From positions 116,820 through 180,819 of the forward strand of contig JAEWRE010000039.1 in assembly GCA_023460235.1 (NCBI GenBank): DNA of 64,000 bases, given 5' to 3'. Source of the DNA: Bacillota bacterium (GTDB lineage: Bacteria > Bacillota > Clostridia > TANB77 > CAG-465). Shown here piece after piece: positions 51,992-61,026 of this stretch. The position numbers were made by a program, and so were the translations under genes. The notes under the pieces were generated by a model. The model saw only the letters and a program-made list of their open reading frames with translations, searched no databases and was not told the origin of the DNA. The stretch's first letter is position 1. Every line of letters begins with the position of its first letter.

Positions 51992-52875
51992 TCTATTATT
52001 GCCTTTTTTAAGGTAGCTCCATTTTTTGCTTTAAGACTATCATTCTTTATAGCAATATAAGCATTAGATAGGGTTCCATATAATTCAAATCCAGCAATTA
52101 TATTGTTTATTTCTTGATTTGAACTAGTCCCACCCTCAATATCAAATATTCCAAAAATAGGGATCTCTGGATTACTATTAACAACCTTACATTCACCATT
52201 TGCAGTAGTAGTTCCTAAATATGTATTGTCAATATAAGTATAGAGATTAATTCTTATATTGGCTATTTTACTATTTGGCAATAAATTATAAAAAGTATCT
52301 TTTATATCAGCTAAATTGAGAGTAAAATTCTTAGAATTTTTTTCAAACTTTTTTATATTTATCCATGTATTATTTACATACATATCTAAATCTAATTTAT
52401 AATTATAATTTTGATTGGTTATATCTGATATATTTATATTTAAGTTATTTCCAATATCAAAATTTATATTAGAACTTATATTACTTGATACATAACCAGT
52501 TGGGGTTGTTAATGTTCTATCGGCTCCAGTATCGTATGTTATACTCCCTCCATTTGTGCTTTTAAATATAACTCTACAACCATTTATTTGGTTACTTCCA
52601 TATCCTTTATTAAACCAATAATAATCAGAATCAGAAGGAAAGTAACTTGTACCACTCCCATTATTTGGTGTGTTTGCTTTTATTTGTCTACCATAATTAG
52701 TTCCTTCAGTATATACATCTGAAATTATATTATAACCAAAATAATATCCATTATCTATTGCCCACGTTAATTTCCATCGTATACCAAGTCTAGGACCATC
52801 TCTTGTTGTTTCATATTCAACAATATAATTTATATGTCCCCATTGATTTTCTTTGCCTTGTGCGAATACTTGCAT
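51958..52875 (-). CDS. Tail fibre/baseplate-associated protein
   Basis: 305 aa, Asn/Gly/Tyr-rich beta-type composition. Positioned between the Tal-like and fibre genes. Confidence 0.35.
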   Translation of the reverse strand: MQVFAQGKENQWGHINYIVEYETTRDGPRLGIRWKLTWAIDNGYYFGYNIISDVYTEGTNYGRQIKANTPNNGSGTSYFPSDSDYYWFNKGYGSNQINGCRVIFKSTNGGSITYDTGADRTLTTPTGYVSSNISSNINFDIGNNLNINISDITNQNYNYKLDLDMYVNNTWINIKKFEKNSKNFTLNLADIKDTFYNLLPNSKIANIRINLYTYIDNTYLGTTTANGECKVVNSNPEIPIFGIFDIEGGTSSNQEINNIIAGFELYGTLSNAYIAIKNDSLKAKNGATLKKAIIEWNGQTEEVLL

Positions 52876-52886
52876 AATTTTTCCTC

Positions 52887-54761
52887 CTAACTATCCTTAT
52901 CATAAGATATTCCTACTCTTCCATCCTGTAGCACTGTTATTCTCATTTTTCCTATATTTAAACGTTCAAAGAAGGTTGCTCTATCAAATGTTGAATTATC
53001 GCCATTAAATTCGGCTTTAACTTTATTTGTTTCTCTATTTTTTATTATTGTTCCTTCAGCACCAAAAATTGTCTTAGTATTTTTTATTGTACTTTCAACC
53101 TCAAATCCATTATGGCCAAAAGAATAATTGGTTCCTACTAATTCACCAGGATAACTTTGATAACCAAGTCGTCCCCCTTTATTAAACATACAATCACAAA
53201 ATAATGTATAATTATTATCACTTAAAATTTCAATCTCGACTTGTGACATAGTACTATTTACTGGAAATTCTACCTCTGTAAAAATACCTGGCTCGATTTC
53301 AATATTATATATTTTTTCTATACCTGTTGTTATTTTAACTTGTACATTTGTAAGCTCTAATTTATATATAATACAACTAAATGTATATTCTGTATTTTCC
53401 TTTATTTTTATAGGAGCAAACTTTACACTACCATTATTTATTTTTATTGCTGTTTTAGATATAGTATTTTCTAAGATTTCATTATTTTGTACAATACTCA
53501 CGTTGCCATTTTTTATATTACCATCATATCCTAAACGTAAAGTACTATCTTGTAGAAGGTTCAAACCACCAGCTTGCTGTAAATTTATATTCACATTATC
53601 AACATTTTGTGTTATTTTGCTTATTCTCGTGTTATTTTCTTCTACTAAACTTGCTACTGATTGTATAGTTTGATCTTGCTTATTTACTATAATTTCTGTC
53701 CTTTTAGCAATTTCTAGAGCTGTAACTGGGTTCTCATATTCAATACTAGCCTTTGTTATACTAGGTGCTTCAAATCCTATTTCAGTTCCTTCAATATTAA
53801 TTTTTAATATTATTGTTTTAATACTTTCTCCAGATTTATTTTTTACAGTTACAGCATCACCTACTTCAATGTAAGGATATAAACAATTTTTTAAAGTCAT
53901 TGAAGAGTAACCAAAACCTGTGGATTTATTATATATTTGGCTTATTAATTGTTCTCTTTTATTTTGTGTATAGGCAAAGGGATTATCTACAAGCATTAAG
54001 TAATTTTCTCCATAGTATTGAATTCCTTCTTCCCATCTCATAGTAACATTTTCACCTTCAATATTAGATGCTCCAAGTCCAACAACTGTAATAGGTTGAA
54101 TATCTCTATTATCTTCAAATTCTGAATATTCATTAGTTTCAATTACTATATCAGTCATATTTGCAAATATTAATTTTAATTTGTCATCTATTATTTTGGC
54201 AAAATTACAACTTATACCTGAAATAGCACTAATAACATTCCCAAATTGTGCTCCATCAAATTGATTGCTATCAACAATAAATCCTGAATTTTCAAATTCA
54301 GTAAAATCATATTCAACATCACACTTAATGCAACATTCTTCAAGCACATCTAGTATTGTTACGCTACCACTTGAATAATTTAATTCTGAGTTGTACGATT
54401 TTGCAAACTTTAAACCATAATCATAAGCAGTTACTTTAATACTTTCTTTTGTATCACTTTCCTTTATATCATAAACTATAAATGTTCCATATCCTATTGA
54501 TTCCCAAGTCCCATCTTCCAGCTTAAACTCCTTAAATGCCTTAAAATCTTTTTGTTTGAAATCAATATTACTATCTGAATAATCAAATTCAATTCTCTTC
54601 ATAATAAAATTTTGTATAAAATTTCCATCTTTGTAGCAATCATCATAAAGATTAAACCACAGATATATTCTATCTGTGGTTCCATTTAAGATAATATAAT
54701 CTCTTTCAATTATATTATCTTTTTTTAGTGTATTTTTTAAAGCAATAGAAACATTTTTCAT
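52887..54761 (-). CDS. Tail-associated (Tal-like) / prophage endopeptidase-tail family protein
   Basis: 624 aa, in the position and size class of siphovirus Tal. Start ATG overlaps the upstream stop (ATGA). Confidence 0.45.
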   Translation of the reverse strand: MKNVSIALKNTLKKDNIIERDYIILNGTTDRIYLWFNLYDDCYKDGNFIQNFIMKRIEFDYSDSNIDFKQKDFKAFKEFKLEDGTWESIGYGTFIVYDIKESDTKESIKVTAYDYGLKFAKSYNSELNYSSGSVTILDVLEECCIKCDVEYDFTEFENSGFIVDSNQFDGAQFGNVISAISGISCNFAKIIDDKLKLIFANMTDIVIETNEYSEFEDNRDIQPITVVGLGASNIEGENVTMRWEEGIQYYGENYLMLVDNPFAYTQNKREQLISQIYNKSTGFGYSSMTLKNCLYPYIEVGDAVTVKNKSGESIKTIILKINIEGTEIGFEAPSITKASIEYENPVTALEIAKRTEIIVNKQDQTIQSVASLVEENNTRISKITQNVDNVNINLQQAGGLNLLQDSTLRLGYDGNIKNGNVSIVQNNEILENTISKTAIKINNGSVKFAPIKIKENTEYTFSCIIYKLELTNVQVKITTGIEKIYNIEIEPGIFTEVEFPVNSTMSQVEIEILSDNNYTLFCDCMFNKGGRLGYQSYPGELVGTNYSFGHNGFEVESTIKNTKTIFGAEGTIIKNRETNKVKAEFNGDNSTFDRATFFERLNIGKMRITVLQDGRVGISYDKDS

Positions 54762-55135
54762 TACACTATCACCTCACTACTTTTTTCTAATATGACATCA
54801 AATTCAGAATATGATTCCCCATATTTACTATATATTAAATTTTTAGATCCTTTGGTTACTATAAAATTATATTTTTTATAACTTCTTGTATTTGGATTCC
54901 AAACTTCATATTCTCCATCTACAAATCTTTCATTATATTCTTTTATAGTTGAACCATCTAGTTGCCCTATATTTATTCCAATTGTTAAAGTATTATAAGA
55001 AGCATAAATGATTTTTATGCTCCCATCTGCCTTTATAGATTTATTTAAAACAACTGGTTGTTCATCAAATTCATATCCTTCACTCAATATATTACTAAAT
55101 TTATATGTTCCTTTTTTTATTAAATAATCTTCCAT
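54761..55135 (-). CDS. Small tail component (distal-tail position)
   Basis: 124 aa, immediately after the tape measure. Short for a canonical Dit. Confidence 0.3.
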   Translation of the reverse strand: MEDYLIKKGTYKFSNILSEGYEFDEQPVVLNKSIKADGSIKIIYASYNTLTIGINIGQLDGSTIKEYNERFVDGEYEVWNPNTRSYKKYNFIVTKGSKNLIYSKYGESYSEFDVILEKSSEVIV

Positions 55136-55144
55136 ATGTACCTC

Positions 55145-56368
55145 CTAGAAGCCATACTGTAATTCTAATTTTTTATTTACTCTATTTGTGTTTTTTGCAA
55201 CTTTTTCTCCATCTAGTTCTACGGTAGAGTTTATAATTATTTCTTTATTATCACTTATGGCTTGTAATGTTGCCTGTGTTTTATCTTCATTTTCCACTTG
55301 CATTGTTGCTGTAGACGTTAAATTAGCACTTAATTTTCCTGTTTCAATATCTATTGTTTTTTGCATATCAGCATAAACATATTTTATATTTTTTATAAAT
55401 CCCTCTCCAATGCCCAGAGCTATATACTTGCCTACTTCATCCCTAAATTCTTTTGATGGACTATGTATTCCTAATACGCTTTTCATTCCATCTAATATTC
55501 CTTTTGCAAAACTTGCAATTTTATCTTTTAACCATGCAGCAGCATTATTTATTCCATTCCACAAGCCTTCAACAATGTTTTTACCTATATTTAACATATT
55601 GGCCGGTAAATCATTAAAAAAATTAGATATGTTTTCTATTATTAATGGTATGTTTTCCATGATCATATTTTTCATATTAATAATCCATAATTCAATATTA
55701 TCTATAGTTTTTAATAACAAATTTAAAATATTTTCTGGTAATTCTCTAAACCAATTTATTACACTATTTATTATTTTTGGTAGTTCTGTTGTAATCCAAC
55801 TAGTTATATCTATTCCAAATTTAATAATATACCCTAAAACCACCCCTATTAGATACCCTACATTATATGGTAATTCTTTGAACCAGTTTATTGCCATAGA
55901 TATCCAACTAGGTATTGTTTCAATAAAAAAATTACCTATAGCATTGAATACTTCTGATATCACATCTTTAACATTGTTAAAGATGTCAATAATTGCATTT
56001 CTAAAATCTTCATTTGTTGTCCATAGATATATTATTGATGCAATTAATCCTGCAATCAAGCCTACAATTATAGGAATAGGATTTGACAACAACATTGCAA
56101 AGTTTAAATTAATCTGTGATGTCGTCATTACATCTAATGCATTGCTTACTATCTGTATAATTTCACTTACTTCTTTTGCTAAACCTAATGCTGCATCAAA
56201 TGAAGCTATTACCTCATTCATAGACATTGATGATTGTAAAGCCATAAACACCCCTGTTAACGGAATTATTACTTTCACTAAATTATTTAATTTATCTGTG
56301 GCTTCTTGTGCATCACTTGCAACAGAGACAATTGGATTTTTTATCGATTTATTTGATTCTTTTGCCAT
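55145..56368 (-). CDS. Tail tape measure protein (unusually short, 407 aa)
   Basis: Position after the chaperone pair, helical composition, internal hydrophobic segments (IPIIVGLIAGLIASIIYLW) typical of tape measure proteins. Confidence 0.5.
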   Translation of the reverse strand: MAKESNKSIKNPIVSVASDAQEATDKLNNLVKVIIPLTGVFMALQSSMSMNEVIASFDAALGLAKEVSEIIQIVSNALDVMTTSQINLNFAMLLSNPIPIIVGLIAGLIASIIYLWTTNEDFRNAIIDIFNNVKDVISEVFNAIGNFFIETIPSWISMAINWFKELPYNVGYLIGVVLGYIIKFGIDITSWITTELPKIINSVINWFRELPENILNLLLKTIDNIELWIINMKNMIMENIPLIIENISNFFNDLPANMLNIGKNIVEGLWNGINNAAAWLKDKIASFAKGILDGMKSVLGIHSPSKEFRDEVGKYIALGIGEGFIKNIKYVYADMQKTIDIETGKLSANLTSTATMQVENEDKTQATLQAISDNKEIIINSTVELDGEKVAKNTNRVNKKLELQYGF

Positions 56369-56387
56369 CTTTTCACCTCACTTTTAC

Positions 56388-56424
56388 AAAAAAGAATGCA
56401 TCCTTAGATGCATTCTTTTTTCTA
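56388..56424. terminator. Hairpin with flanking T-runs inside the tail gene string (AAGAATGCATC-CTTA-GATGCATTCTT)
   Basis: Perfect 11-bp stem between the chaperone and tape-measure genes. Possible attenuator. Confidence 0.4.
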
Positions 56425-56466
56425 ATTTTATTTTTTATTATTTGATTCTTTCTTATATATATTGTT

Positions 56467-57042
56467 TTACCAAAAAACACTACCAAAATCCCTTTCTTTT
56501 TCTTCTGTTGTGCGTACATCAGGCAACGCATATAATTTTCTTAGTTTTTTATAGTGATTCTTTGTTTCTTTATCTTTAATCTTAGATAAATCAATTGCTC
56601 TATAACCCATTATTTTTGATATTTGGGTATTTTCATTTAATCCATTAAACATAGCTTTGAATTCCCACCAGTGTAAGCATTTTACTTTGTTTAAATTTAT
56701 TTGATATTGTTCTAAAAAAGCATCAAAAATATAATCTGCATCAAATTGATAACTGTATATTTGATTTGATCTATTATCATTATTTTCAGAACTGACTAAT
56801 TCTTTCTTTTCATCTCTTCCACATCGATAAAACCAAAGCATGTCTTTTATAGCAATATTGATATCCTTAATTTTAGATAAATCATAATAGAGATTAAGAG
56901 CAAGTAGAATTTTATCTTTTTCAAATATTTTATTATCTTGCATAAGTAATTCAAATTTAATAGAAGTCCTAAAGTCTGTATCTATTTCAAGTCCATTTTG
57001 AGTTATTTGGGGTAATTTATCTAATAATATATTAGTTAGCAT
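56467..57042 (-). CDS. Tail assembly chaperone (gpT / Gp15-like position)
   Basis: 191 aa. Synteny only. Confidence 0.35.
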   Translation of the reverse strand: MLTNILLDKLPQITQNGLEIDTDFRTSIKFELLMQDNKIFEKDKILLALNLYYDLSKIKDINIAIKDMLWFYRCGRDEKKELVSSENNDNRSNQIYSYQFDADYIFDAFLEQYQINLNKVKCLHWWEFKAMFNGLNENTQISKIMGYRAIDLSKIKDKETKNHYKKLRKLYALPDVRTTEEKERDFGSVFW

Positions 57043-57045
57043 ATA

Positions 57046-57399
57046 CTACTTCCTTTTTTGTACTCTTCTTTGTTCTCTATTAGGTTGATATCTATTAAAA
57101 GTATTTTCAAATTCCTTTTGCTGTTCTAATTTCTCTTTAACAATATCCTCAAAAGCAGTTATACAATCTTGTAAATTATTTTTTTCACCAAAAATATTAA
57201 GTGATACTCCTTCACCGAAAACATTATCAAAGAATTCCTTTATTAGTATACATTCTAATTTTATAGTTTCAGATAATTTCATATCTTTTTTTTCATATTC
57301 TTCTGCCTTTTCTTTAACCTTTTGCACTTCAATTTCAAATTTTTCAACGCAATCAGCATCTAAAAAATCAAAATCAACTTCTACTTCTCTTATTTTCAT
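57046..57399 (-). CDS. Tail assembly chaperone (gpG-like position)
   Basis: 117 aa, acidic, directly after the major tail protein. Confidence 0.35.
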   Translation of the reverse strand: MKIREVEVDFDFLDADCVEKFEIEVQKVKEKAEEYEKKDMKLSETIKLECILIKEFFDNVFGEGVSLNIFGEKNNLQDCITAFEDIVKEKLEQQKEFENTFNRYQPNREQRRVQKRK

Positions 57400-57402
57400 C
57401 TA

Positions 57403-57891
57403 TTATTCCTCCTCTGCTGTAAATGTTGATGATTCCCAATTATCAGTTGTACTTGCTATACCTTCAATTATATCTCCTTGTGCTGCAAAAGTACCACTAT
57501 ATTGATAAGCATCAGTTCCATCGCCATCAGCTTCTGGAATTACTGAATATACTCTCTTTTTAGCTTTAAATGTTCCAGCTGTTGAACCAGCTTCATTAAA
57601 ATTAACTGTAACTATCTCAACAATCTTGCCAGTAATTTCTTTATCATGTACTTCTGCTATAAGATCTTGTACATCATTATCAATCATTCTGTCAAAGTTA
57701 TATGCAATTTCTGTTGCATATCCAGTAACATCTTTTCTTTGTGTTCTTTCCTCAACATATCTTCTTTCATATGTACTTGAATTTAAACTTTTTCCACTTT
57801 CAGTAAATCCAGTCATTCTTGAATAATTTTCTCCGTTAGCTGTAGCTTTCATAAAATTTACGATATCTGCTCTGTTATATAATTTTCCCAT
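57403..57891 (-). CDS. Major tail (tube) protein, TP901-1-like family
   Basis: 162 aa. Size and sequence character (TGYATEIAYNFD...GTFAAQGD) fit siphovirus major tail proteins. No sheath gene nearby. Confidence 0.55.
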   Translation of the reverse strand: MGKLYNRADIVNFMKATANGENYSRMTGFTESGKSLNSSTYERRYVEERTQRKDVTGYATEIAYNFDRMIDNDVQDLIAEVHDKEITGKIVEIVTVNFNEAGSTAGTFKAKKRVYSVIPEADGDGTDAYQYSGTFAAQGDIIEGIASTTDNWESSTFTAEEE

Positions 57892-57893
57892 TT

Positions 57894-58307
57894 TTAATTT
57901 CCTCCTTCAAAATAAACAACTTGCATTTTTACTATGTAGTTTGCAATCGTCTCATTTTTTTGCAAAATATATCCTGGTGTTGTACATTTTATACTTTCAA
58001 TTCCAGATATATTAAGCAAATTACTAGATTTGTTTTGTGTTTCAATCCATTTATTAAAATCTTCAAAAAATTTACTGTTAGTAAGATTTTGAAGATCAGT
58101 AAATGAGCCACTAACAGTAAAATCAAATGTCATTTGCTTTAAACTACTACCATCAGCATATTGTTTATAAACTAAATTAGATTGTGTTAAATCCATGCTG
58201 TAATTACTTATTTCATCACTAACATAATCAACAATTATTTTTCCATTTTCAAAACATGGACATGTTGCTATAATGTCTTTAACTAATTCTATCTTTGATT
58301 TAGACAT
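57894..58307 (-). CDS. Putative tail completion/terminator protein
   Basis: 137 aa. First gene of the tail string. Confidence 0.3.
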   Translation of the reverse strand: MSKSKIELVKDIIATCPCFENGKIIVDYVSDEISNYSMDLTQSNLVYKQYADGSSLKQMTFDFTVSGSFTDLQNLTNSKFFEDFNKWIETQNKSSNLLNISGIESIKCTTPGYILQKNETIANYIVKMQVVYFEGGN

Positions 58308-58882
58308 TTTAATATACTCCTCTACCTCTTTGCAAATTTTTCTCCTTATATATATAGAAAATTACAATTCAATTATAATATTGTATTTAAAAGTATTTAA
58401 CTTTTATTCAGATTATAATAAAAAATTAATGTTTATCTTTTTACTCTTTAACCAAGATAGTTTGTATTTGTTTTCTTATTTTTATATAATACTTTGAGTA
58501 TAAATCATATTAAAACTTTAACATTATAATATCTCTACGTATAGATATTATTTAATATAAATCTATATGTTTATATGATATATACTCTAATAAAAATAAG
58601 TTTCTAATATAAATATATTTCTATTTTTAGTATTAATTTTTTTATATACTTTGAATTGTTAGATTCTACATATTTTCAGATTTTAAATTTTGCATTGAAA
58701 CTTTTGATAATGATTTTAACTAATTTGATAATTTATCCTCCAGCTGAAAGGTTGTTAATTTATTAAATTAGTATCTCATCATCACTATTGTATAATCTAA
58801 ACTATTTATTAGTTAGATTATATGCTTCTTTAACGTCTAGCTCCAAAGACGAAATTACCTTAGATGCTATTAATTTTTTTAA

Positions 58883-59308
58883 TTATTTTACATCCAAATT
58901 TTTATCTTTTAATTGTGTAAGTATATCTTTTAATTTATTTGGATATGGAACTCCTAATTTTGTTGTATTTTCTAAAAGTGAGATTCCTTCGTTGGCAATA
59001 TAAAAGAATATTGATAGTTTCCTTAGCATATCAATGTTAAGTGCTTGATCTAGCATGTTGCATAAACCTATTAAACCAAAAATTAAGAATTTTTTAAATA
59101 TACCTTTATATCCAACCTCAGAATTTAAATTTTTATTTATAAATATTGCCACTGCAAGTCCAGTTATAAAGTCAGTAAATGTAAATGCAACTAAAACACT
59201 CATAGAAATATCCCATCCACCTAAATAATTTAATATCAATGTACCAAGTGTAGCAAATATTAAACAAATCCATTGCCCAATTTCACTTAAATTACTTAAT
59301 CTAAACAT
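58883..59308 (-). CDS. Holin, TcdE / phage_holin_4_1 family
   Basis: 141 aa, 3 TM. Block GGWDISM...FTDFITGLAVAI...GYKGIFKKFLIFGLIG...GVPYPNKLKDIL parallels C. difficile TcdE. Confidence 0.65.
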   Translation of the reverse strand: MFRLSNLSEIGQWICLIFATLGTLILNYLGGWDISMSVLVAFTFTDFITGLAVAIFINKNLNSEVGYKGIFKKFLIFGLIGLCNMLDQALNIDMLRKLSIFFYIANEGISLLENTTKLGVPYPNKLKDILTQLKDKNLDVK

Positions 59309-59524
59309 TTTTCACCTCCCTTTTTTCTAAATAAAAAAACATTGTACTTATACAACGTTTTTTATTAATAGAATTTATATTAAATCTATGACTTATTACA
59401 AGCTAATTAAATTAAAGTAAATTAATTTGTAAAATTTATCTAATGTTTATATCTATTGCTATTATACATTATAACATGGTTTTTATATAAATTTCTATTC
59501 TTTAAATCCCAGTTTTTTCCCAAT

Positions 59525-60157
59525 TTAATAATTTGTTCTGATAATACCTAATAATTTAGTTTTAATGTTAGATAGTTTATTCTGAAGCCTTTTTTGAGTC
59601 AGCTCCTTATTAAAATTTTTATTATATGAAATTTCAATATCAGACCAATCCATAATTTCATAATACTTACATTCTATCAAAAACATTTCTTTTGGACTTA
59701 ATATATTAAAAGCTATCTCTAGTTTACGTATCTCAATTTCAATTAAGGCTTTCTCACTTTTTGCTATTTTTATTAATTCTTCAGCTTGTTTTTGATTTAA
59801 TTCATTTCTTATTGCTTCGCTTTCAACAGGACTATATAATCTATTTTTTGCTCTAGGCATTCCAAATGTGGATTCTGGAGTATTAGTAAAAATATTTTCA
59901 TTTTCTTCAAGGGCTTTATTCCATGTATTTATTCTTTCAGATAATGTAGCAATTTTTGCTTTATTATTTATATAATTTTTTAGCATTCTATTTACATCTT
60001 TCATATCTAATAAGGCATCTGCACATGGTGTACTACTTTCTCTATTAAATTTTCTTGGTTCTTTACAAAATCTACAATAACTATAACTTTCACACATACC
60101 ACCATTACACTTTATAGCTCCTTTTTCTAGTTTATCTTGTATTTGTTCTTTATTCAT
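59525..60157 (-). CDS. Putative late-gene transcriptional activator: sigma-70 region-4-like C-terminal HTH with N-terminal Cys4 cluster
   Basis: 210 aa. C-terminus LSPKEMFLIECKYYEIMDWSDIEISYNKNFNKELTQKR resembles region 4 / ArpU-RinA-type activators. N-terminus CNGGMCESYSYCRFC. Confidence 0.4.
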   Translation of the reverse strand: MNKEQIQDKLEKGAIKCNGGMCESYSYCRFCKEPRKFNRESSTPCADALLDMKDVNRMLKNYINNKAKIATLSERINTWNKALEENENIFTNTPESTFGMPRAKNRLYSPVESEAIRNELNQKQAEELIKIAKSEKALIEIEIRKLEIAFNILSPKEMFLIECKYYEIMDWSDIEISYNKNFNKELTQKRLQNKLSNIKTKLLGIIRTNY

Positions 60158-60202
60158 ATACCCTCTTTCCTCCTTTTAAAATTATTATATCTTATTTTAA
60201 TA

Positions 60203-60385
60203 TTAATCTTTTTTACACTCATTGTGCTTTTCATATGTATAATTTAATACTCTAATAATCTCTTTAGCTAATGACTGATCTTTATTTTTATAAAATATCC
60301 TTTGGATTAAATTATGTATATCAGCATAATTACTTTGATGTATTTTTTCATTTCTAATATAATCTTCAATAGTGTAGTATTTCAT
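60203..60385 (-). CDS. Small protein (60 aa), first gene leftward of the divergent control region
   Basis: ORF only. Confidence 0.3.
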   Translation of the reverse strand: MKYYTIEDYIRNEKIHQSNYADIHNLIQRIFYKNKDQSLAKEIIRVLNYTYEKHNECKKD

Positions 60386-60448
60386 TTTCTATTTCCTCCC
60401 TCATATTACTAACTTTTCATATATTTATTTTAACTTAAGAAAACCTTT

Positions 60449-60618
60449 TGATCGTATAAATAGTTTTTAATTCATATCAATTTATTTTCTTGTTACGATA
60501 ATTATATACCACTTTAATTATCGTGTCAAGTATATTTTTAAATTTATTATCGTCTGCCGTTTATTATGTAATTTTTATTGACACGATAATATGAATATGA
60601 TATAATTATATTGACAAG
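60449..60618. promoter_or_regulatory. Divergent control region with repeated operator half-sites (ACGATAAT / ATTATCGT) and a sigma-A promoter for the repressor gene
   Basis: Near-palindrome CTTGTTACGATAATTA-N11-TAATTATCGTGTCAAG at 60489-60530. Further half-sites at ~60547 and 60586. -35 TTGACA (60579) and -10 TATAAT (60602). RBS AAGGAG before ATG 60649. Confidence 0.5.
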
Positions 60619-60648
60619 AAAATTTTTTAAAAAAATAAGGAGAAAATA

Positions 60649-61017
60649 ATGAATGAATCTGATAGAGAATTAATTGGTAAGAGACTAAAGTCAAGAAGAG
60701 AGTTAGCTGGATTAACTCAAGAACAAGTTGGTGAAAAAATAGGAAAAACCTTTGCTACTGTTGCAAAATATGAAAGTGGTGAAATAAAAAATATAGATAT
60801 AATGGTTATTAGCACAATTGCTGATATAACTGAAACTGACATTGACTATTTATTATTAAAAAATGATGATCCAAACCCTAAGAGCAATTATATAAAGTAT
60901 AAACATTTAAATAATTCTTTAATAGGTAGAGTTTCTAAAAAAATGGAAGGGATGTCAGATAACGAGCTGCAAATGCTTGATAAGATAATAGATGCTCTTA
61001 TGAATGAAAAGAAATAA
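60649..61017 (+). CDS. XRE-family HTH repressor (ImmR/CI-like)
   Basis: 122 aa with an N-terminal HTH (LTQEQVGEKIGKTFATVAKYESGE). Confidence 0.6.
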   Translation: MNESDRELIGKRLKSRRELAGLTQEQVGEKIGKTFATVAKYESGEIKNIDIMVISTIADITETDIDYLLLKNDDPNPKSNYIKYKHLNNSLIGRVSKKMEGMSDNELQMLDKIIDALMNEKK

Positions 61018-61026
61018 AATTGGAGA

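Noticed and set aside
55410-56579. 389-aa plus-strand ORF antisense to the tape-measure gene, plus many other 60-145-aa antisense ORFs in the track (e.g. 2882-3103, 4170-4505, 8084-8485, 9056-9460, 14433-14687, 28611-28934, 30523-30837, 40866-41264, 43095-43382, 47906-48343)
   Set aside because: All lie inside, and antisense to or out of frame with, longer ORFs that have clear homology. They are Ile/Leu/Phe/Ser-rich as expected from reading AT-rich coding DNA in the wrong frame, and they lack ribosome-binding sites.
57040-57070. Possible programmed -1 frameshift (AAAAAAG-like run) joining the two tail chaperone ORFs, as in phage gpG/gpGT
   Set aside because: The downstream ORF starts with its own ATG in the same frame as the upstream ORF (separated by a stop and one codon). 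A -1 slip would not enter it, so I do not claim a frameshift.
59525-60157. Calling the 210-aa regulator a TcdR/UviA-family group-5 sigma factor
   Set aside because: Only a region-4-like C-terminal HTH is recognisable. There is no region-2-like segment, and the N-terminus is a Cys cluster instead. It is described as a sigma-r4-like late activator, not a sigma factor.
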